In this document: positions 58,872-64,000 of the stretch, piece by piece
Layout: the number at the start of each line of letters is the position of its first letter
Position numbering within the stretch: the stretch's first letter is position 1
Origin: Oscillospiraceae bacterium
GTDB taxonomy: Bacteria > Bacillota > Clostridia > Oscillospirales > CAG-272
Assembly: GCA_015064285.1 (NCBI GenBank)
Contig: SVSN01000008.1
Location: 9,498 to 73,497 of the forward strand
DNA: 64,000 nt
Direction: 5' to 3'
Translations under genes and position numbers: made by a program
The notes under the pieces: generated by a model
What the model was told of the DNA's origin: nothing
Database searches by the model: none
The model's input: the letters and a program-made list of their open reading frames with translations, nothing else

Positions 58872-58884
58872 CTCGCTTTTTTTA

Positions 58885-58930
58885 CAGCGGTATAGGGATT
58901 CGAACCCCAACATACAGAGTCAGAGTCTGC
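58885..58930 (-). pseudogene. 3' fragment of tRNA-Gln (CUG): anticodon arm, T-arm and 3' acceptor strand only
   Basis: Minus strand GCAGACTCTGACTCTGTATGTTGGGGTTCGAATCCCTATACCGCTG folds as an anticodon stem-loop (loop CTCTGAC), T-arm (TGGGG-TTCGAAT-CCCTA) and acceptor 3' strand. The upstream sequence gives no D-arm and no 5' acceptor strand (AGCGGTA is absent). Confidence 0.7.
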
Positions 58931-59241
58931 TACATATGTATAACCAAACAGCGTAAGTATCGATATAAAATGGATGTTACACCATATATAGTGAAAATTA
59001 AATGTGGCGTAACTATCAGTAGTATCGAAAGAAAATTGTTTTTGAATTTGTTAGAAACTTCGTTAGAAAAAACTGCAACAACAATTACCGTTATTTTTAT
59101 CAAAAATATTGCCTAAATATAATTCTTGAATAGATTTAGCGTCTTTATTATATCAGAAAAATATCTGTCTGTCAATCAACTTCTAAACAGTATTTTATCT
59201 AAGTAAATTAAATAAAGCACAATGATGTAAACATATAGTAA

Positions 59242-59580
59242 CTATATAGTTACATGATTGTGTTTTTCGTTTGTCATGTATGCGCCGTGCTTGCGGATGT
59301 TGGGAATAACATCGTGGGTGATCCAACGCTTGAACTGTCTGGCTTCCGGTTTGCGGCTTCCGAGGACGAGTGTATACAGGCCGGGTTCGTTGATGATTGT
59401 TACTTTCTGTTCGCCACCAAGGGTGCGGGTTAAAACCGCATCCTTTTCGTCGTCTTCAAGTCGAGCGGTTGCAGTGCGATTGTCTCTAATCACCAATGCC
59501 CTGCACACATCCACTGCAACAAACCACGGTTCGCCGTTTTTGACGATGGTTCTGATGGAACCTCATTTGAATTGATGGTC
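59242..59580 (-). pseudogene. Bro-N-domain antirepressor-like gene, disrupted at the N-terminus and lacking a C-terminal domain
   Basis: The in-frame segment GSIRTIVKNGEPWFVAVDVCRALVIRDN...FKRWITHDVIPNIRKHGAY is a Bro-N domain. A TGA stop sits immediately before GSIRT, the only upstream ATG (MTINSNE...) is in another frame, and the protein ends right after the Bro-N domain. Confidence 0.55.
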
Positions 59581-59787
59581 ATTCACGGGCTAAGTTTAAC
59601 ATAGCCCTAAAAACATTATTAGGGGTAGGTTAAACTACACCCTTTGTTGTTCGTTTCGGGATTTTTTATTCAGAGTGAAAAACACCACACATACCCCCTC
59701 TCTCAGATCCAACCGTCACCCAAAATGTAAACGTCCCCCCCCAATAAGCGGACACGCCCGCCCCCTGGGAATGTCCGCTTTCCTTTT

Positions 59788-60384
59788 TTATCTGTTTACC
59801 AATTTATAGAACGTAGTTCGTTTGAGTCCGGTTAACTCCATTGCTTTAACTGCGGTTATCTCCCCCTCTCTCCATTGCCGGATAACATCATCCCAATTAT
59901 CCGGATACTCTGCTTTGGGTCTGCCGAACGTTTTTCCTTTTGCCTTTGCTGCTGCGATCCCTTCGGACTGTCTTTGCTTGATAGTGACACGTTCTTGTTC
60001 TGCAATAGTCCCCAACACTTCTATAAGTATATTGTTCACCATATCAAACACCCATTCTTGTCCTTCTGGTAAGTCCATCATTGTTGTAGGGAGGTCAATA
60101 ACCTTCAACCTGATACCATTGTCCTTGAAGTATTGAAGTTCGGTGTGTATGTCATTCTTATTCCGGCTAAGTCGGTCTAAAGACTTTACTATCAGAGTAT
60201 CACCACTTCTCAGCATATTATTTTTCAACGCCTGGTACCCGGTACGTTCCAGATTCTTTCCAGATTCTTTATCGGCGATAATCTCCCGCTCATTTGCTCC
60301 AAGTGCAAGAAAAGCTGCAATCTGTCTATCTAAATTCTGTTCCCGGCTTGACACTCTTGCATAGTAGTATGTTCTTTTCTCCAT
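59788..60384 (-). CDS. small serine recombinase (resolvase/invertase type) with C-terminal HTH
   Basis: 198 aa. Catalytic motif YYYARVSSREQNLDRQ, and a C-terminal HTH (ITAVKAMELTGLKRTTFYKLV). Confidence 0.88.
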   Translation of the reverse strand: MEKRTYYYARVSSREQNLDRQIAAFLALGANEREIIADKESGKNLERTGYQALKNNMLRSGDTLIVKSLDRLSRNKNDIHTELQYFKDNGIRLKVIDLPTTMMDLPEGQEWVFDMVNNILIEVLGTIAEQERVTIKQRQSEGIAAAKAKGKTFGRPKAEYPDNWDDVIRQWREGEITAVKAMELTGLKRTTFYKLVNR

Positions 60385-60559
60385 TTCTTGTAATCCCTCT
60401 TTATCTGTTCGTAATTGTTATGATACTTTGCGGATATATCCGTTATGTACAAATGAACTTTAACGGACGGTTTTTTATGCTGTTTTCAACCATCCGTAAA
60501 GGTGTACTTTTGCGGATTGTATTGGGGTAAGGAAAGGGCGGGGGAAACCGCCCCAACCC

Positions 60560-60961
60560 TTATAATATCATCTCCGAAACAATCTCTTTGATTCTGTCGA
60601 AGTCCTCCGGGTAGTCTGACGTTGCTATGCATTTGTCAAGATCTCCAAACATCCGTTCAACCTCTTGCGCTTTTTCTGCTGTCTCTGAATCAGATTCTAC
60701 ATTTAACATCACTGCCTCCCGTAGCATAACCAGAGATACCAATTCTTCGGGAGTGGTTACATCTTTGACCTTTGGTATCATCTCTTCGGCCTCGTTGTAC
60801 ATTGCTGCCGCTGCACCCTGATAGTAGTGCATAGCCTGATAGATGGATGGGCAATCTTTTTCGCTCGCCTTCAGCACCAACAAGTCAAGCTCCATTCCTT
60901 CTGCCACACGGTCAAAGTAAACTGCCATTTTCAGTGATTCCATGAACTTTTTGATATCCAT
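60560..60961 (-). CDS. hypothetical acidic protein
   Basis: 133-aa ORF with a GGAGGA RBS, rich in Asp/Glu. No motif recognised. Confidence 0.6.
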   Translation of the reverse strand: MDIKKFMESLKMAVYFDRVAEGMELDLLVLKASEKDCPSIYQAMHYYQGAAAAMYNEAEEMIPKVKDVTTPEELVSLVMLREAVMLNVESDSETAEKAQEVERMFGDLDKCIATSDYPEDFDRIKEIVSEMIL

Positions 60962-60997
60962 TTTTAATTTTCCTCCATAATTTATGTTATATTTATG

Positions 60998-61189
60998 TTA
61001 TGCAATTTTTCCTTGTTTTCTGTCCTGCCGGATTCTGTACTGGACATAGCTTTCTATATATCTGCCCGCTCTGCGTTCCTCCTGCGCTCTGTGACGCTTT
61101 ACCGCCTGTATGATTTCATCAATCAGAAGCACCATTGCAGGGATCATAGGGAGAAGAACGAACGCAAGCCCAATTATTTCGTAAATCAT
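60998..61189 (-). CDS. small membrane protein
   Basis: 63-aa ORF with one N-terminal TM (IIGLAFVLLPMIPAMVLLI) and a basic tail. Confidence 0.45.
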   Translation of the reverse strand: MIYEIIGLAFVLLPMIPAMVLLIDEIIQAVKRHRAQEERRAGRYIESYVQYRIRQDRKQGKIA

Positions 61190-61235
61190 AACATTTAATC
61201 CCCGTCAAGCCGTTAGGTCAGCTATCCTTGTATTC

Positions 61236-62081
61236 TTAGTTTTGCTCTCCGAGAATGAAATCTACTGCTTTGCTCGCCTGAGAGCTTGCGCCCACAAGCA
61301 TCCTTGTGTCATTCTGTAACGCTCTTAACCATGACTGGATATATGCAGTATTGTTAATGAAGGTTTCCTGCGTTTCGATCCCCACATGATTCAGCAGTGC
61401 TGCTGCTCCGATCTCTGCGACCAGTTCTTCTTTGCTGTATTCTTGACTGCCGAATGCCGCGGTTCTATTTAAGCGGTTTAGTCTGGTACGGTGTCCGGTG
61501 CTGTGTACCATTTCGTGATAAAGTGTACTGTAGTATTCTTGGACGTGTGCATACTGTTCCAGAACAGGTACGACAATTTCATCACTCATGGGGCTGTAAT
61601 AGGCTTTATCACTCACAAAGTGATTTATTTTTATGCGCTCCCTCTCTGCATACTGTCGTTCAATGGCTTCGGCTTCTGCGATGGGATTATTGTGAATGGC
61701 TTCTGTGGTTTCCACCTGCGGAAGTCCGGTTATCTGTGACTCGTGGAATACAACGTACTGCCGAAGAAGCGGGATTGTCTTTTCAATTTCTTTGCCGTTT
61801 TCGTCTTTTTCTTTGGTGACAAGCGGACGCCAGAAGTAGATAACTGTGCCGTGACTACCCTTGATGATGTTACCGCCCATCTTTTTAGCCTCGGCAAATG
61901 TGAACCATCTTCCGGGCTTCTGAAGCAAAATCTGATTGAGAAGGCTGTACGGCTTACCTGTACCGCCTGAGATTGCCCCGCCATTAACACCCGTCCACGG
62001 CTTGCGCCACGGGATTATACCTTGTTCCAACTGTGCGATAATGCGATTGGTTATTGATTCGTAGATTTCGTTCTGTGTCAT
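61236..62081 (-). CDS. ArdC-like antirestriction protein (ssDNA-binding N-domain + zincin metalloprotease)
   Basis: N-terminal ArdC/DUF1738 motif IIAQLEQGIIPWRKPW, and the C-terminal HExxH motif YHEMVHSTGH. Confidence 0.85.
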   Translation of the reverse strand: MTQNEIYESITNRIIAQLEQGIIPWRKPWTGVNGGAISGGTGKPYSLLNQILLQKPGRWFTFAEAKKMGGNIIKGSHGTVIYFWRPLVTKEKDENGKEIEKTIPLLRQYVVFHESQITGLPQVETTEAIHNNPIAEAEAIERQYAERERIKINHFVSDKAYYSPMSDEIVVPVLEQYAHVQEYYSTLYHEMVHSTGHRTRLNRLNRTAAFGSQEYSKEELVAEIGAAALLNHVGIETQETFINNTAYIQSWLRALQNDTRMLVGASSQASKAVDFILGEQN

Positions 62082-62214
62082 TTGTCTATCCCTCTCTGTT
62101 ATGCTTGACAGTAGAGGGCGAATGTGCTATACTATATAGGTAATCGCCCTCTCTGTACGTGGTTGGTTACGTTGCCCCTGTGAGAACTGCCATTCTTGCA
62201 AGGGCTTTTTTCTT

Positions 62215-62490
62215 TTAGTTGATGCTGAACCGTCTGCTTGTTGTCTGTTTGGTATATGCCTTGTACACTTCCGGCAGTGCCTTTTTAAACGCAGTGCTGT
62301 CAAACCGCTGAGTCAGTGTTGTTGTCCACCTCACGATGTGGTTTCCAATGATCATTTCTTCGGTGTTGTCGGTGAGCATCTGATTTTTAATTTCGTCCTT
62401 GATCCCTTCGGCAACCTGTTCGGCTTCTGCGATCAGTTCCTCCAGACTTTTCAGTTCTTCGATTTTGGCAAGAATTTCGTTTTTGCTCAT
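62215..62490 (-). CDS. hypothetical protein (N-terminal coiled coil)
   Basis: 91-aa ORF, first gene of the minus-strand operon downstream of a consensus promoter. No motif recognised. Confidence 0.55.
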   Translation of the reverse strand: MSKNEILAKIEELKSLEELIAEAEQVAEGIKDEIKNQMLTDNTEEMIIGNHIVRWTTTLTQRFDSTAFKKALPEVYKAYTKQTTSRRFSIN

Positions 62491-62621
62491 TTTTTTCTTT
62501 TCCTTTTCTTTTATCTATTTATTTGGAGATAAAGTAGAGCCGGTTCCTAAGTCTGTTTCAGTTCTTGCACTCGCTCACATTCGTTTCCGGCAGTCAGCGG
62601 CTCTCTTTCTCTGTTGACATT

Positions 62622-62650
62622 ATTATATCACACTCTTGTCAGTATGTCAA
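62622..62650 (-). promoter_or_regulatory. sigma-A promoter driving the 62490-59788 minus-strand operon
   Basis: Minus strand TTGACA-17 nt-TATAAT (perfect consensus hexamers). Confidence 0.7.
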
Positions 62651-62656
62651 CAGAAT

Positions 62657-62673
62657 TCGTGACATCAATGTCA
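62657..62673. promoter_or_regulatory. operator-like palindrome, copy 1
   Basis: TCGTGACATCAATGTCA contains the perfect inverted repeat TGACAT-CA-ATGTCA. The same 15-mer recurs at 62716-62730. Confidence 0.6.
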
Positions 62674-62709
62674 ACAAAGTTGAAGCTTCTTTTTTGTTCA
62701 ATTTGTCTC

Positions 62710-62738
62710 TTGAGATCGTGACATCAATGTGATATAAT
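62710..62738 (+). promoter_or_regulatory. sigma-A promoter of the XRE gene with operator copy 2 in its spacer
   Basis: TTGAGA-17 nt-TATAAT with a TGa extended -10. The spacer is TCGTGACATCAATGTGA. Confidence 0.7.
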
Positions 62739-62776
62739 TTTTCTGCAACAACAACAAACATAAGAGAGGATTCAAC

Positions 62777-63028
62777 ATGATCAAATATGATAAGTTAATC
62801 AAACTAATTAATGACAGGGGGATAACCACATATAAAATGAAGGTTGAAAATATCATCTCCCAGGCCACATGGCAATCCGTGAAAAACGGCAGAGGCGGTC
62901 TTGACCACCGTAGCATTAATAAACTGTGCGCCTACCTCGGAGTTCAGCCAGGTGACCTCATGGAGTACATCCCCGATCCCGTAGAACCAGACCAGAACCC
63001 AGGAGAAGACGACAATCCACAGGGATGA
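62777..63028 (+). CDS. XRE/Cro-C1-family HTH transcriptional regulator
   Basis: 83 aa with an AGAGAGGA RBS. HTH_26-like (LIKLINDRGITTYKMKVENIISQATWQSVKNG...INKLCAYLGVQPGDLMEY). Confidence 0.8.
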   Translation: MIKYDKLIKLINDRGITTYKMKVENIISQATWQSVKNGRGGLDHRSINKLCAYLGVQPGDLMEYIPDPVEPDQNPGEDDNPQG

Positions 63029-63177
63029 TATGCATAAATATACTACAAATATCATATTTATGCAATTTATATTCATTTTTTGAAAAATTTTTAAAATAAC
63101 CATAAAAAAGTATCATTGAAATAGGCACTTTTTGACCCTGTTTTTTCCATAAAATCTTATTTTTATTTTAACGTATA

Positions 63178-63216
63178 AAAACCCGGTAATTCTCATCCGA
63201 ATGCCGGGTTTTCTCA
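63178..63216 (+). terminator. intrinsic terminator after the XRE gene
   Basis: AACCCGG-N17-CCGGGTT followed by TTCTC, with an A-run upstream. Confidence 0.55.
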
Positions 63217-63224
63217 TTTCCGTA

Positions 63225-63780
63225 GATCAATTTTAGGATTGATTTTTTAAACACGGTTTAGTAATAAGTAAATACCTAACGATTTTTCCCTCTGTAAAAA
63301 AGTCAAGATTTTCTAAGTTGGAGGGAATATATTTATACCCGAATGTGAAGTGATCAATTTCAGGATACAATTATTAAATAAGGTTTAGAATTAAGGAAAT
63401 ACCTAACGATTTCGGTTACATCCCAAAAACAAAAATTTCAAAGTTGAAGGGGAACGAAACTTACTCAACTACATTTCTTTAAATCCAGCAGTGAAGTCAG
63501 ATCAATTTTAGGATGAGATTATTAAACAAGGTTTAGAATTAAGGAAATACCTATCGATTTCAGACATACAGTAAAAATACAAAATTTTAAAGTTGGAGGG
63601 AATATACATCTCCACAAAAATTCCGTAAATCAATTTTGAGATAAATGTTTTTCTGGACAGATAAATTTCTGGATTGAATTATTTAACACGGTTTAGTATC
63701 AAGGAAACACCTAACGATTTCGGGTATACGGTAAAAATCTAAAATTTTAAAGTTGGAAGGAATATATTCCATCCGTCCAT
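63225..63780 (+). repeat. array of four degenerate tandem units (127/148/128/153 nt), candidate repeated ncRNA locus
   Basis: Units start at 63225, 63352, 63500 and 63628. They share ordered blocks ATCAATTTT.AGGAT, TTAAACA.GGTTTAG.A.TAAGGAAATACCTAACGATTTC and AAAGTTGGAGGGAATAT, each followed by a non-homologous 14-44-nt tail. No ORF of 60 aa or more is present. Confidence 0.85.
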
Positions 63781-63805
63781 GAGAGGTTTACCCCTCTCTT
63801 TTTTT
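63781..63805 (+). terminator. strong intrinsic terminator closing the repeat array
   Basis: GAGAGG-TTTACC-CCTCTC followed by T7. There is no A-run upstream, so it is plus-strand specific. Confidence 0.8.
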
Positions 63806-63848
63806 AGTCAAACTTTGCAAACATGAAAACAAAAAAGGAGCAAAAAAA

Positions 63849-64000
63849 ATGAAAATCAATGCAAAAAAACTCACAGAAGTTTACCCCACTGGCAACATCC
63901 CCCGCATTGCACCGGATGAACGATACTATCTGATTCCAGGTGCCAGTGATTACGCCATATCCGACTATGGCAGAGTATATAACTTTAGGCAAAATCGGCA
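63849..64000 (+). CDS. NUMOD4-motif (HNH homing-endonuclease-like) protein, N-terminal part only
   Basis: AAGGAG RBS 10 nt upstream of the ATG. MKINAKKLTEVYPTG...ERYYLIPGASDYAISDYGRVYNFRQNR matches the NUMOD4 pattern (x-W/Y-x-I-x-G-x-x-Y-x-I-S-x-x-G-R-V). The ORF is cut by the window end. Confidence 0.6.
   Translation, partial: MKINAKKLTEVYPTGNIPRIAPDERYYLIPGASDYAISDYGRVYNFRQNR

Larger units (their letters stand above)
58931..64000. mobile_element. left part of an integrated mobile element (prophage/ICE-like), extending beyond the window
   Basis: Begins at the tRNA-Gln fragment and is visibly more AT-rich than the preceding 58 kb. Gene content: Bro-N remnant, serine recombinase, ArdC-like, XRE switch, NUMOD4/HNH-like gene. 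Confidence 0.7.

Noticed and set aside
58805-59116. 103-aa plus-strand ORF
   Set aside because: It spans a terminator hairpin, the tRNA-Gln fragment and very AT-rich junction DNA. It has no RBS and an Ile/Lys/Thr-rich low-complexity translation.
63225-63780. Canonical CRISPR array
   Set aside because: The repeat period is 127-153 nt, with long conserved blocks and short variable tails. That is the opposite proportion to CRISPR (25-40-nt repeats, similar-size spacers). No cas gene is visible in the window. The locus is kept as an unexplained array in the findings.
63318-63780. Plus-strand mini-ORFs starting at the TTG of AAGTTGGAGGG in each unit (for example TTG GAG GGA ATA TAT ... TGA, 9-12 codons), or GGAGGG acting as an RBS
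   Set aside because: No canonical start codon lies at RBS distance from GGAGGG. The TTG has no RBS of its own. Peptide length and sequence are not conserved beyond the shared block. Early stops are expected in this AT-rich DNA.

Overview
The first ~58.9 kb of this window look like the core chromosome of a spore-forming Firmicute, probably Clostridia-like. That call is an inference from spoVAD/spoVAE/spoIIR, T-box control of ileS, gene content and GGAGG-type RBSs. Genes are densely packed on both strands and mostly housekeeping: hslO, copA-csoR, cysK, def, guaB, obg, ppa, aspS, ileS, ptsH, uvrC, rsmD, coaD, tRNA-Val, and a tRNA-Met/Glu/Glu operon. The rest is sugar-related enzymes, cell-envelope genes and small regulator pairs (LysR, SdpR/SdpI-like, BlaI/BlaR1-like). 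The many long ORFs antisense to these genes are shadow ORFs.

At ~58.93 kb the sequence becomes visibly more AT-rich. The change falls exactly at a 3' fragment of a tRNA-Gln gene that still has its own terminator. From there to the window end the content is mobile-element-like: a broken Bro-N gene, a small serine recombinase, an ArdC-like antirestriction protein, small acidic or unknown proteins, an XRE regulator with a divergent-promoter/operator switch, and a NUMOD4/HNH-like gene cut by the window edge.

The most unusual signal is inside this element at 63225-63806. It is an ORF-poor array of four ~130-150-nt tandem units, each with conserved blocks followed by a non-homologous tail that can fold back. 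Plus-strand terminators bracket the array. I cannot assign it to any known repeat or ncRNA class from sequence alone.

Other points worth a look:
- four intact tandem PHP-domain paralogues after a GH36-like gene
- a GHL10-amidase fusion lipoprotein
- a BlaR1-like sensor without a recognisable penicillin-binding domain
- a spoVA locus that lacks spoVAC

No canonical CRISPR array, rRNA gene or complete IS element was seen.
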